Source: a virus. From it: 35,430 nt of DNA. Under the pieces are notes generated by a model. It was given only the letters and a program-made list of their open reading frames with translations. It did not search any database and was not told where the DNA came from. Positions 1-9,018 of this stretch are shown here, piece by piece (the first letter of the stretch is position 1; each line of letters begins with the position of its first letter). The position numbers and the translations under genes were made by a program. Location of the stretch: UHGV virus genome UHGV-0309502. One strand, 5' to 3'.

Positions 1-2
1 TG

Positions 3-137
3 CGCCGCATGGATGAAATCATGGAGGCTCTTGATAATCGTTCGTCAATGGATTGGTGTGTTGCTGTCCATGATATGAATGCAGGGTTTGATGAAAAGAT
101 TTTGTTCCCCTCATCAGTTGAAAGCACAGCAGGATAA
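3..137 (+). CDS. hypothetical protein, 3'-partial (C-terminal 44 codons)
   Basis: Only frame open from the window edge; TAA at 135-137; terminator hairpin follows. Frame is continuous with the 5'-partial ORF at 35304..35430 if the window ends are joined. Confidence 0.4.
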   Translation, partial: RRMDEIMEALDNRSSMDWCVAVHDMNAGFDEKILFPSSVESTAG

Positions 138-172
138 GGACCCAGCAAATATACACAACCTATAAAACACTA

Positions 173-198
173 AAGCGCCTCAGGGGCGCTTTTTGTTT
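173..198 (+). terminator. rho-independent terminator
   Basis: Stem AAGCGCC/GGCGCTT with 5-nt loop, followed by a T-run, about 35 nt after the stop at 137. Confidence 0.55.
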
Positions 199-596
199 GC
201 ACAAAAGTGCACAAATTTGCACAATTTTTTTGAACGACTTTTTACCCTTCCGGCCCGCATGGCGGCTGGATCCGTCAAGGATCCGTGCGTGCACAAAAAA
301 ACGCGCTTTTTCTGCGCGCAGGTGACGGGGGAACAGCCCGCGTTTCAGGGGGTAAATAGCATTCCCTGAACGATGTCGCAGAGACACAACAGAATGGCCA
401 TATTTCTCACGCTGAGCATGAAAAAGGCGTGAGGGCTTTTGATTTGATGGGGTGAAAGGTAAGGCCGTCAAAATCGCACTGAGGCAGCGAGAACATACAG
501 TCAACGCGGTGGAATTGCGTAAGAGTCTGACCGTCGATGGTGGCGATAAACTGGAAGGCGTCGTGAAATTATCTGATTGATACAGGAGCTGGAGAG

Positions 597-623
597 CCGG
601 GGCATAAATTTTTTATGCCCCGG
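597..623. terminator. perfect palindromic hairpin, bidirectional terminator-like
   Basis: CCGGGGCATAAA-ttt-TTTATGCCCCGG, 12-bp perfect arms, A/T-rich on both sides; about 100 bp upstream of the ORF at 724. Confidence 0.4.
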
Positions 624-723
624 CGAAGCAGCAGACAAGCGAAGCGCGTCAGCGATACGGCACCTTGCCGACCATACTTCATAAGTGCAAAATACGAGCA
701 AAGAAATCAATGGAGGCTGTCTT

Positions 724-1248
724 ATGGTCATTAATTACAAGCAGTTAAGAGAAAAACGGGAGCAGGTAAAGGAGAGCTTTCGCCGCAATGAAGATCTGAC
801 CCCGCTTGTACGCCTTGCCCAGGGCATTGTTGATGCTTATGAAATCTCGCTGGAGCTGCCATCACAGACCTGGACAGATAGCGACGGTAATCGCCAGCAT
901 TACGTTTCATGCGGACTGGAAGCAGCCGAAGGATTTCGCAGAATGCCTTTATCCCAGATCCCTGCCGCTACCCCCAAAGCATGGGGCAGCAATGATGAGC
1001 GAAAACTGACTTTTAGTATTGAAACGGTGGTTGACGACACACCTGGCGAAGTCGCGTTCGTACACACTCCTGTTTCGATCGCAATGTATAACGATGAAAT
1101 ACAGGTTCGCGTTAATAATAATATCGTGCCACTTAAAGAAGGTAATTCACCCTACACCACCGTTTGTGAAGCCATTCAATATTACGTTCTCTCTGAAATT
1201 GATAATCTCAAGCCTGACGGCACCCAGAAAATGGTTCAACTCTGGTAA
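724..1248 (+). CDS. hypothetical protein (174 aa), cargo gene beside the portal gene
   Basis: ORF-track frame 685..1248; ATG at 724 is preceded by GGAGG at 7-nt spacing; ends in a hairpin terminator; no family recognised by eye. Confidence 0.55.
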   Translation: MVINYKQLREKREQVKESFRRNEDLTPLVRLAQGIVDAYEISLELPSQTWTDSDGNRQHYVSCGLEAAEGFRRMPLSQIPAATPKAWGSNDERKLTFSIETVVDDTPGEVAFVHTPVSIAMYNDEIQVRVNNNIVPLKEGNSPYTTVCEAIQYYVLSEIDNLKPDGTQKMVQLW

Positions 1249-1253
1249 AAAGG

Positions 1254-1280
1254 ACAGCCCCATCACGGGGCTGTTTTTTC
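1254..1280. terminator. bidirectional terminator hairpin between convergent genes
   Basis: ACAGCCCC-atca-GGGGCTGT followed by TTTTTT; A-run on the other strand; overlaps the 3' end of Q. Confidence 0.5.
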
Positions 1281-2309
1281 ATCAAGAAGAGCATAAGAGT
1301 TAAAACGGATCACCTCTTCGCCAAGCCAGTCATTGATGTGCTTCATAGCCTCCATGACGGGCATCAGCTCGTTAATTGCGTAAACCCGCGCTGCCTTCTC
1401 CACATCGCCAAACGCACTTTTTTCGCCCGGCATCGCCCCCATCAGTTGCGGCGGAACGCGGTGCGCAGCCAGCACATCATCACGGGATGCCGCCTTAACA
1501 TTCATGAATTCATCTTTTGCGGTGATCTGCTGGAACGGCAAAATTTGCACCCCCTCTTTGCCCCCGTTGGGCGCATGAATGAGCACGTTTTTAAACGCAC
1601 CACCACCACGTGCCCCCTGTAGCGTTTCTTTCAGGGAGTCCATGCTTTCGCGGTTTACCTGCGCTGCACCGATGTAGATGATGCACCCGGCGTGGGATCC
1701 GTTGTCGTAGTACAGTTTTCTGAACATGTCCGCCGAATGAGAAAGGCTGGCCGAGAGTAATGCGCCAAGATATTCCGGCATGCCGTAGATTTCCTGGTTA
1801 ATATCCGGATTCATCAGGTGGCACACTTTGCCAGGACGAAACTGAAACGCGTCCTTGCCATCCTGCACATACCACCATGATTCAAGATCGCTTCCGCGTC
1901 GCATGTATTTCGCCAGGGCGTGCCGTAATTTAAGCGGTTCGCCGAGCATATTGCTTCGAAGCTCAAGGAATGCGTTACCGAACACAAACCAGTCCAGCGC
2001 CAGCGCCGAGAAATCCTGCCGGGAAAGCAGCGGGTGCGGGATGTAGCAACCGAGTAATACATTGCGCTTAAAGTAAAGCGCAGACTGATGCCAGGACGTT
2101 TGCCGGGCAGCTCTTGCCAGACCGTACCAGTCCACCGGGGTTTCATACCACCGCCCGTTATCAGCACAGTACATATTGTCCAGCAGGTCATGCCCGGTCA
2201 GGCGATAAGGACCATCAAATGTGAATGCACTGAGCGATGATTCTTTCCTGAGCGCATCAGCGAGATCAATGCGTGAACTCATGCGCACTTTTTTATTTTT
2301 TCTGCTCAT
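1263..2309 (-). CDS. Q: portal (capsid vertex) protein, P2 gpQ family
   Basis: 348-aa ORF; position and orientation paired with the terminase gene as in the P2 PQ operon; sequence resembles recalled gpQ. Confidence 0.85.
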   Translation of the reverse strand: MSRKNKKVRMSSRIDLADALRKESSLSAFTFDGPYRLTGHDLLDNMYCADNGRWYETPVDWYGLARAARQTSWHQSALYFKRNVLLGCYIPHPLLSRQDFSALALDWFVFGNAFLELRSNMLGEPLKLRHALAKYMRRGSDLESWWYVQDGKDAFQFRPGKVCHLMNPDINQEIYGMPEYLGALLSASLSHSADMFRKLYYDNGSHAGCIIYIGAAQVNRESMDSLKETLQGARGGGAFKNVLIHAPNGGKEGVQILPFQQITAKDEFMNVKAASRDDVLAAHRVPPQLMGAMPGEKSAFGDVEKAARVYAINELMPVMEAMKHINDWLGEEVIRFNSYALLDEKTAP

Positions 2310-4060
2310 CAGAACTCCATAACTGTGAAACGCTCGTTTTCTCCTTCGCCGCCAATTGGTTCGTTAATGACAGCAAGCATGGTTGCCCACGCAAGGTCGC
2401 CGTGGCTGATCCCCCTCGCGCGGTCCGTTTCGTAAGTGATAAAGCCGCCCGGTGTTTTCACCTTACGCACGGCGTTAAAGGCTGCGACCAGCTCGCGTTC
2501 GGCGCGATCGTATTCCCACCGCCCGGCACGCATTATTTGCAGCATTTTCAGTACCAGCGACCGTTTTGATGACAGCGTGAAGGTGTACGGAATAGCAGCA
2601 GGGAAAAACCGTTTCACTATCTGATAAACAGCCTCCCCGTTCCCGCCCGTCACATCAATGCCGATGTGTTCCACGTTGTAGCGACACGTGAACTCTTCAA
2701 TGACTCTGGCCTGTTCTTCAAACTCCAGCCCCTGAACGCGTCGCGTCTCCACCGTTCGAAAACGGCCACCAGGAACAGACGGAGGAACCACCACGGACAC
2801 AGCGCCGCTGTCGCCGTTGCCACTGCTGCCGTTTGCGTCATACCCAATCCATACCGGACGATTCCCCATCGGGCGGGGAGCAAAAGGTTTCCAGTCTTTC
2901 CAGTCGTCGTATCCGTCAACACCACAGCCAATCAGGATATTCAGGTTAAATGCCGATTCCCCTTCGCGGACAAACTCACACATATAGAGATTGAGGAACT
3001 CGTCTTCGGTGTTTTCATCACGAATTTCATCAATATCGGTGTGTTTCCAGCCGTGATTAACCACATCTTCCAGCGTGACAATTTGCCGCCACGTCCGGTC
3101 AGGGCAGATAAGCCCGTTATGCAGCGTTTTCCAGTCCACAGAAAAACGCTGGCGTTTATGCGTGGCCTTTTTCTCGTTCCAGCGGTCGCCGTTCCAGTAG
3201 GCGTATGCCTCGTGCGTTTCGGTGGATGGCGTGGAGAAGTAGGTGCGCCGCAGTCCGCTGAGGGTTGCCATAGCGCCAGCCACCTTGCGCAGTTCAGCAA
3301 AGCGACTGACCCAGAAAAATTCATCAAAATAAAAATTGCCCGTATAGGACTGCGCCGACGCAGCAGAAGTGCCGAGAAAATGCAGCTCTGCGCCGTTGGA
3401 GAGGATGATTTTATCGCCCCCTTTCAGCTCCACATCAACTTCAGCCGCGGCCTTCTGAATAATGCTTTTAAACTGGAACGCCTGACGACGCGACGCAGAC
3501 AAAAAAATCTGGTTACGCTGGTAAGGTTGCGCCACATCGTCACGCAGCGCCATCAGCAGTGCTTCCTGTGCAAAATACCAGGTCGCGCCAATCTGTCGGG
3601 ATTTCAGGATCATCCTGTTACGTATCCCGGCTTCCCTGCAAAGGGTCAGGGAGTCAAACCAGCCCCGCTGATGCCACTCCAGCCTGCTGATGATTTTTTC
3701 CCGCAGTGCGACAATCTGTTCCGGCGTGAAATGATTTTTGAGTTTTTTCGCCCGGCCTTTCTTTCCTGTGGCCGTCGCATCCGGCTGGCCATCATGCATT
3801 TTTTTAAGCTGCCGGGTCAGCAGGTCTATTTCCTTAAAGTCACCGCCTGTTTTATTCTGTTTTTCAGTAAGCTGGATGAGGCGCGCATCGATGGACTGCG
3901 TGACACGCTGCACGGGTGGCGTTTCATCCCACTGGTCGCGTTTTTTCCACGCATAAATCGTGTTCGGGTTTATTCCCATCAGACGTGATATTTCTGCGGG
4001 CGGATAACCCTGCCAGTAAAGTTGCCGCGCACGCTGGCGCACAAAAGCGTCCTGAATCAT
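2309..4060 (-). CDS. P: terminase large (ATPase) subunit, P2 gpP family
   Basis: 583-aa ORF; 1-nt overlap with Q; divergent from the O-N-M capsid operon as in P2. Confidence 0.85.
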   Translation of the reverse strand: MIQDAFVRQRARQLYWQGYPPAEISRLMGINPNTIYAWKKRDQWDETPPVQRVTQSIDARLIQLTEKQNKTGGDFKEIDLLTRQLKKMHDGQPDATATGKKGRAKKLKNHFTPEQIVALREKIISRLEWHQRGWFDSLTLCREAGIRNRMILKSRQIGATWYFAQEALLMALRDDVAQPYQRNQIFLSASRRQAFQFKSIIQKAAAEVDVELKGGDKIILSNGAELHFLGTSAASAQSYTGNFYFDEFFWVSRFAELRKVAGAMATLSGLRRTYFSTPSTETHEAYAYWNGDRWNEKKATHKRQRFSVDWKTLHNGLICPDRTWRQIVTLEDVVNHGWKHTDIDEIRDENTEDEFLNLYMCEFVREGESAFNLNILIGCGVDGYDDWKDWKPFAPRPMGNRPVWIGYDANGSSGNGDSGAVSVVVPPSVPGGRFRTVETRRVQGLEFEEQARVIEEFTCRYNVEHIGIDVTGGNGEAVYQIVKRFFPAAIPYTFTLSSKRSLVLKMLQIMRAGRWEYDRAERELVAAFNAVRKVKTPGGFITYETDRARGISHGDLAWATMLAVINEPIGGEGENERFTVMEF

Positions 4061-4214
4061 TGCTCCCCCTGAGTAATTACAGGAAGATTACCCGCGCGCG
4101 AAACCGTTCTCCTTACCCCCCTGTTCTGGCCGTTTTCTTACAACAAAAGCCCTTTGTATCAGCCTGTTACGCTTTGCCATCATGACTGAAGAACCAGTCA
4201 GAGGGGCAAAAACT

Positions 4215-5051
4215 ATGGCTAATGAAAAAAAGACATCCCGCAAAAAGTTTCGCGTGGCTGTCTCCGGATCAACTGTTGATGGCCGCGAAATCAGCCCGGT
4301 ACATCTGCGTGAAGCCGCCGAGAACTTCAACCCGGATGTTTACGCTGCCCGCGTGAACGTTGAGCACTATCTCTCGCCATGCCCGTCAAGCGAATTTTCC
4401 GCAATGGGCGATGTCACCGCGCTGAGTACGGAAGATATTACGGAAGGCCCGCTGGCCGGACGTACTGCGCTGTATGCAGAAATCGAACCGACCGAGCGCA
4501 TGAAGCAGCTTGTCGCTGACGGCAAGAAAATCTATTCCAGTATCGAACTGCACCCGCAGTTCTCCGTTAACGGGCGCGCCTATCTGGTCGGGCTGGCGAT
4601 GACCGACACCCCGGCAAGCCTGGGCACTGAGCGCCTGAAATTCACGGCACAGCAACGTCAGGCGGTGATGACGTTCAACAGTATCCAGGGTGAAGCGCCG
4701 CTTATCTCCGAAGCCATTGAGTCTGAAATCATCGAAATGGCAGAACAACGCCAGGAAGAAGGCACCCAGTGGTTTAACCGCGTAATGGGGATTATTGGCC
4801 GTGGCCGCAAAGCGGATGACGCCAGTTTTTCCCGTATTCAGGAAGCGGTGGAAGGCGTCGCAACGTCACAGGCCGACATTATCGACCGTTTTAATGTGCT
4901 GGAAGCCCGCCATCAGCAGGACCGCCAGAAAATCACGTCACTGACCACAGAGCTGACAGCATTGAAGGAAAAACTGCGCACGCAGGACGGCGATCCGCAG
5001 AACCGCTTCACCGCAACGGGCGCAGCCTCCGACCAGCTGGCTGACTTCTGA
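4215..5051 (+). CDS. O: capsid scaffolding protein, P2 gpO family
   Basis: ORF-track frame 4182..5051; ATG at 4215 has a GAGGGG Shine-Dalgarno 9 nt upstream, ATG 4182 has none; N-terminal basic region then acidic/coiled C-terminus typical of gpO. Confidence 0.8.
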   Translation: MANEKKTSRKKFRVAVSGSTVDGREISPVHLREAAENFNPDVYAARVNVEHYLSPCPSSEFSAMGDVTALSTEDITEGPLAGRTALYAEIEPTERMKQLVADGKKIYSSIELHPQFSVNGRAYLVGLAMTDTPASLGTERLKFTAQQRQAVMTFNSIQGEAPLISEAIESEIIEMAEQRQEEGTQWFNRVMGIIGRGRKADDASFSRIQEAVEGVATSQADIIDRFNVLEARHQQDRQKITSLTTELTALKEKLRTQDGDPQNRFTATGAASDQLADF

Positions 5052-5074
5052 TAAGACAAAGGAGCAAATTTTTT

Positions 5075-6127
5075 ATGAATCTGGTGATGTCAGATATTAC
5101 CCGCAACAAGCTGGGTTGCTATATGGCGAAGCAGGCGTCGCTTAACAATATCCCGGTATCTGCACTGGTATCGCGATTTACCGTGGAACCCGCGGTGCAG
5201 CAGCGTTTTGAAAACGCCTCAAAGGAAAGTACCGAATTTACGAAAAGAATTAACGTGATCGGCGTGACCGACCAGAAAGGCGAAAAAATCCTCCTGGACA
5301 CCACCGGGCCAATTGCGCGCACGAATAGCAGTTATGACGGCATCAAACGCCGTAACCCGAATAACGTGATCGATATGAAGTCTCGTCAGTACCAGTGCGA
5401 ACAGGTGAACTACGATACCTTTATTTCGTACCCACAGCTTGATACCTGGGCGGCCCACAGCGATTTTCAGTCCCGTATCAGTACACAGATCGCCCGGCAG
5501 GTAGCGCTTGATCGCATCATGATTGGCTTTAACGGCACATCCCACGCCTACGAGTCTGATTTTCACACCAACAAGCTGCTTCAGGACGTTAACGTGGGCT
5601 GGCTGGAGCACATCAGAACCGATGCCAGCGAGCGCGTAATGAATGACGTGACGCTGACCTCCCGCAACATGGACAACACTGTGGCGCACGCGGGTAAGTA
5701 TGCGAATGCCGATGCTCTGGTACAGGATGCGCGCTCATCCCTGCTGGATGAATGGCACAAGGAAGCTGACGACCTCGTGGTGATTATGGGGCGCAACCTG
5801 TTTAACTCGCTGCGTCTGCCCGTGCTGAACAGCATCAGCGGCCAGAATCCCAATGCGGAATTACTTGCCGGGCAGCTCATCCTGTCATCGCGCACCATTG
5901 GCGGGCTGGGCGTGTTCCTTGCGCCGTTCTTCCCGGATGCAACGATGCTTATCACCTCGTTCAACAACCTGTCGATTTACTGGCAGAAAGGTTCAATGCG
6001 TCGCCTGATGAAAGACGAGCCGGAATACAACCGCATCGCCACCTACCAGTCCATCAATGACGCTTATGTCGTTGAAGACTATGGCAAGTGCGCGATGGTC
6101 ACTGGCCTGAAGTTCGCCGACAGCTAA
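5075..6127 (+). CDS. N: major capsid protein, P2 gpN family
   Basis: 350-aa ORF directly after O with an AAGGAG Shine-Dalgarno; motif FTVEPAVQQ resembles the recalled gpN N-terminus. Confidence 0.85.
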   Translation: MNLVMSDITRNKLGCYMAKQASLNNIPVSALVSRFTVEPAVQQRFENASKESTEFTKRINVIGVTDQKGEKILLDTTGPIARTNSSYDGIKRRNPNNVIDMKSRQYQCEQVNYDTFISYPQLDTWAAHSDFQSRISTQIARQVALDRIMIGFNGTSHAYESDFHTNKLLQDVNVGWLEHIRTDASERVMNDVTLTSRNMDNTVAHAGKYANADALVQDARSSLLDEWHKEADDLVVIMGRNLFNSLRLPVLNSISGQNPNAELLAGQLILSSRTIGGLGVFLAPFFPDATMLITSFNNLSIYWQKGSMRRLMKDEPEYNRIATYQSINDAYVVEDYGKCAMVTGLKFADS

Positions 6128-6172
6128 TCAACTCACGGCGGGCATCATGCCCGCCTGTAACGGAGAGAAAAA

Positions 6173-6973
6173 ATGATTACTCCTGCACAACAACACTGGC
6201 AGAACGTGATGGCACAGCGCGCAGGCCGGGCGAATGAAGGTGTGGACCACGCCGCGTGTACCGCGCATGAAGAGGTGCTGTATCGTCTGCGTCTGGCACA
6301 GGCCAGGCTAAAGGCCATACAGGCCAGAAGCGCGAAAGCCGCCATCAAAAAAGAGTTGTTGCCGGACTTTTCCGGCTGGATTGAGGGAACGCTGGAGGCT
6401 GACGGCGGGCAACAGGACGAAGTAATTGCCACGCTGATGGTGTGGGCGATTGACTGCGGCGATCTTCCGCTGGCGCTGCGTATTGGTGCATATGTGGTCC
6501 GTCACAACCTCATCATGCCGGATAACTTTGGCCGTACTGCTGCCACGGTACTGACCGAAGAAATCTGCAACCCGGTACTGACGCAGGCCGGGACGGATGC
6601 CGACGCGGATTTATCCGCCTTTATCGAACCACTGGACACACTTTGGGAAATTGTCGCCAACCAGGACATTCCGGACGAAGTGCGCGCCAAATTATGCAAG
6701 GCGTGTGCCTTTGCCCGTCGTGGCCTGACCGATGCAGACAACATGGCCTCATCACTGAAGCTGCTGCGCGAAGCGATGCACCTGAACCCGAACGCAGGTG
6801 TGAAACGCGAGATTGCAACCCTTTCCCGCGCCCTGAAAAAAGCCGATTCCGCAGCCGAACCAGAAGACGCCAGCGCACAGCAGGCGCAGGACGAAAGCAG
6901 CAAAAGTAAAAAGACAACGCGGAAGCCTGCAACACGAAAAACCACCGCGACGCAGAAGGCAAAGCGCGGTTAA
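6173..6973 (+). CDS. M: terminase small/endonuclease subunit, P2 gpM family
   Basis: 266-aa ORF; strong resemblance to recalled gpM (ITPAQQHW..., DEVRAKL, AGVKREI); basic Lys/Arg-rich C-terminus. Confidence 0.8.
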   Translation: MITPAQQHWQNVMAQRAGRANEGVDHAACTAHEEVLYRLRLAQARLKAIQARSAKAAIKKELLPDFSGWIEGTLEADGGQQDEVIATLMVWAIDCGDLPLALRIGAYVVRHNLIMPDNFGRTAATVLTEEICNPVLTQAGTDADADLSAFIEPLDTLWEIVANQDIPDEVRAKLCKACAFARRGLTDADNMASSLKLLREAMHLNPNAGVKREIATLSRALKKADSAAEPEDASAQQAQDESSKSKKTTRKPATRKTTATQKAKRG

Positions 6974-7074
6974 CGACTGACCCCGTCAGCGGGCGGCGTG
7001 CGCGGTGTTCCGGTTTGACTCCGTGACCGTTTACACCGCGCACCCACCGCCCGATTTTTTCAGGAGTGAACCCC

Positions 7075-7569
7075 ATGAGTATGGTTGCCAGAACTAACCC
7101 CGGCCCCGCAGAGGACGACATCACCGATACCGATGATGGCGACACTCGCATTTCAGCGGGTGCATTCTGGCCGGATATTGTGCTGCGTGAGCTGCGTCTG
7201 GCGGTACGACTGCCGGGCCGCGTGACCACCTCCCGCCTGCTGCATACCGCCACCGGGGCCATAGCACACGTTACCCGCGAGCTGGAAGCATGGCAGCAGG
7301 AACAACAGGCGGCTGGCTATCAGACGCTGGCCGATGTTCCGGCCCCTGTAATTAACGGAGAAAGCGTCAATCTCTGGCACTGGCGCAATGCTGTTTATAC
7401 CGCCACACGCGCCCTGATTCTGGAGCGTTACCGCGATGCGGACACAACGGACAAGGGCGACCGCCGGGCGGACGCACTGGATATACAGACATCGGATTTG
7501 TGGCGCGATGTGAGCTGGGCCATCTCTGACATTCTGGGACGACCGCGAATGTTTGCGGAGCTGTGCTGA
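7075..7569 (+). CDS. L: head completion/stabilisation protein, P2 gpL family
   Basis: ORF frame 7066..7569; ATG at 7075 preceded by AGGAG; synteny after M. Confidence 0.75.
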   Translation: MSMVARTNPGPAEDDITDTDDGDTRISAGAFWPDIVLRELRLAVRLPGRVTTSRLLHTATGAIAHVTRELEAWQQEQQAAGYQTLADVPAPVINGESVNLWHWRNAVYTATRALILERYRDADTTDKGDRRADALDIQTSDLWRDVSWAISDILGRPRMFAELC

Positions 7570-7769
7570 TGAAAGTGAAGGCACTGGAAGGCGACACCGT
7601 GGATTCGCTCTGTTTCCGGTACTACGGCACGACACAGGGCGTCACCGAAAAGGTGCTGGATGCCAACCCCGGACTCTGTCAGCAGGTATTTCTGGACGCC
7701 GGGCAGGAAGTGGAGATGCCGGAGCCGGAGAAGAAGAAACGAGAAATGATTCAGTTGTGGGGGGAGTAG
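7569..7769 (+). CDS. X: tail protein X (LysM-like), P2 gpX family
   Basis: ATG at 7569 overlaps the L stop (TGATG); 66-aa product MKVKALEGDTVDSLCFRYYG... matches the recalled gpX pattern. Confidence 0.75.
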   Translation: MKVKALEGDTVDSLCFRYYGTTQGVTEKVLDANPGLCQQVFLDAGQEVEMPEPEKKKREMIQLWGE

Positions 7770-7771
7770 CA

Positions 7772-8095
7772 GTGAGCACCATTCAAACAGGGATCACAGA
7801 GCAGGTTATTGCGTGGCTCTTTGACCACCTGCCAACGGTGTATGCAGTAGGCGCGGCTGTCAGCATTTCCGCGCTGATGAGTCTTTATGACGGACGAACA
7901 CTGGTTCAGACCGTAACGGGATCGCTGGCGTGCGGCGTTCTTGCCATGGCCGTGGCCGGGTCGCTGCGCTTCTTCGGGATCCCTGAGGATGCAGTGACGT
8001 TTTTTGGTGCCTCAATCGGTTTTATGGGCGCAGAGAAAGCACGCGACAAGGTTATTGCAATATTTGATCGCAGGGTGAAGGAGAGGAACGAATGA
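7772..8095 (+). CDS. holin (about 107 aa, three predicted transmembrane segments)
   Basis: GTG start after a GGGGGAG Shine-Dalgarno; hydrophobic segments with charged C-terminus; immediately upstream of and overlapping the endolysin (ATGA). Confidence 0.55.
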   Translation: MSTIQTGITEQVIAWLFDHLPTVYAVGAAVSISALMSLYDGRTLVQTVTGSLACGVLAMAVAGSLRFFGIPEDAVTFFGASIGFMGAEKARDKVIAIFDRRVKERNE

Positions 8096-8484
8096 GCAAC
8101 ACATTTAAATTCAGCAGCCGAAGCGAAAAGAATTTGCAGGGTGTAAATCCTGATCTGGTGAAAGTGACCCGACGGGCGCTGGAAATCTCGGAAGTGGATT
8201 TTGGTATCACCGAAGGATTGCGCAGTCGTTATCGTCAGAAGCAGCTCGTGACCACAGGCAAGAGCCAGACCATGAACAGTCGCCATCTCACAGGGCATGC
8301 CGTGGATGTTGTGGCTTATGTTGGCAGCCAGGTGTCATGGGAATGGCCGCTGTACGAAAAAATCGCAGCAGCATTCAGACAGGCCAGCCAGGAACTGAAT
8401 ATTCCGGTGGAATGGGGCGGCGACTGGAAGACCCTGAAAGACGGACCGCATTTTCAGTTACCACACGGAGCCTATCCGGCATGA
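8092..8484 (+). CDS. endolysin, peptidase M15 (L-alanyl-D-glutamate / VanY-like) family
   Basis: 130 aa; SRHLTGHAVDV zinc-binding-type motif and overall size typical of M15 phage endolysins; sits in the lysis cassette. Confidence 0.65.
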   Translation: MSNTFKFSSRSEKNLQGVNPDLVKVTRRALEISEVDFGITEGLRSRYRQKQLVTTGKSQTMNSRHLTGHAVDVVAYVGSQVSWEWPLYEKIAAAFRQASQELNIPVEWGGDWKTLKDGPHFQLPHGAYPA

Positions 8485-8876
8485 AGCTCTGGCCCACGCT
8501 TGGCGTCGCTTTCCTTCTGATTACATCCATGCGTCTGTCGTGGTCGCTGGGCCGGGAGAACGCCAGAAACGAAGCGCAGGCCAGCACCCTGAAAAGTACC
8601 GTCGACACACTGAATATCATCAGCGCCGGGGTACAGGATATGCAGCAGGTGCTGGCTCAGCTCCGCGCGGAAAATCAGCAACGCAATCAGGACGGAGAGG
8701 TAAGACGTGAACAGCTACGCAACGATATTGCAAAAGATGAATGCGCCCACGCTTTGCCTGACGCTCGTTTTACTGACAGGTTGCGCAGGCACGCAGAACG
8801 CGCCAGGGCCAGCGCCGTCAGTCCGGCTTATACCGCAGACGCTGACCATGCCGGTAACGCCTCCCCCCTTCCCTGA
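8481..8876 (+). CDS. i-spanin (Rz / LysB-like)
   Basis: ATG overlaps the endolysin stop; N-terminal signal-anchor LWPTLGVAFLLITSM followed by a charged coiled region. Confidence 0.55.
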   Translation: MKLWPTLGVAFLLITSMRLSWSLGRENARNEAQASTLKSTVDTLNIISAGVQDMQQVLAQLRAENQQRNQDGEVRREQLRNDIAKDECAHALPDARFTDRLRRHAERARASAVSPAYTADADHAGNASPLP

Positions 8877-9018
8877 CCCACCCACATGGGGAAACCTCGG
8901 AATATGGGGCGACCGCCTTCTGGATGCACTGGAAACCTGTAACGCGGATAAACGGGCCATTGCTGAACTGGATAAGAGAATAGCCGAACTGACACACCAG
9001 ACGGGAGTAACACAATGA
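8707..9018 (+). CDS. o-spanin (Rz1 / LysC-like) lipoprotein, overlapping the i-spanin in another frame
   Basis: Lipobox LLTGC followed by a proline-rich segment; start may instead be the Met of MNAPTL (about 8737); partly embedded in the i-spanin gene. Confidence 0.5.
   Translation: MNSYATILQKMNAPTLCLTLVLLTGCAGTQNAPGPAPSVRLIPQTLTMPVTPPPFPDPPTWGNLGIWGDRLLDALETCNADKRAIAELDKRIAELTHQTGVTQ

Noticed and set aside
160-731. Two minus-strand ORFs (114 and 76 aa) in the region before ORF 724
   Set aside because: No ribosome-binding context, overlap terminator hairpins and repeats; the region is better explained as non-coding packaging or regulatory DNA with relic frames.
2666-3988. 440-aa ORF on the plus strand
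   Set aside because: Lies entirely antisense within the terminase P gene; Arg/Pro-rich low-complexity translation typical of antisense frames in GC-rich coding DNA.
4061-4214. Ogr-type late-promoter motif (TGT-N12-ACA) in the P/O divergent region, and likewise in 23410-23566
   Set aside because: No exact TGT-N12-ACA dyad found by eye; late promoters are inferred from position only, so no promoter feature is reported.
6621-7262. 213-aa minus-strand ORF overlapping M and L
   Set aside because: Antisense to two well-supported capsid-operon genes; spurious.
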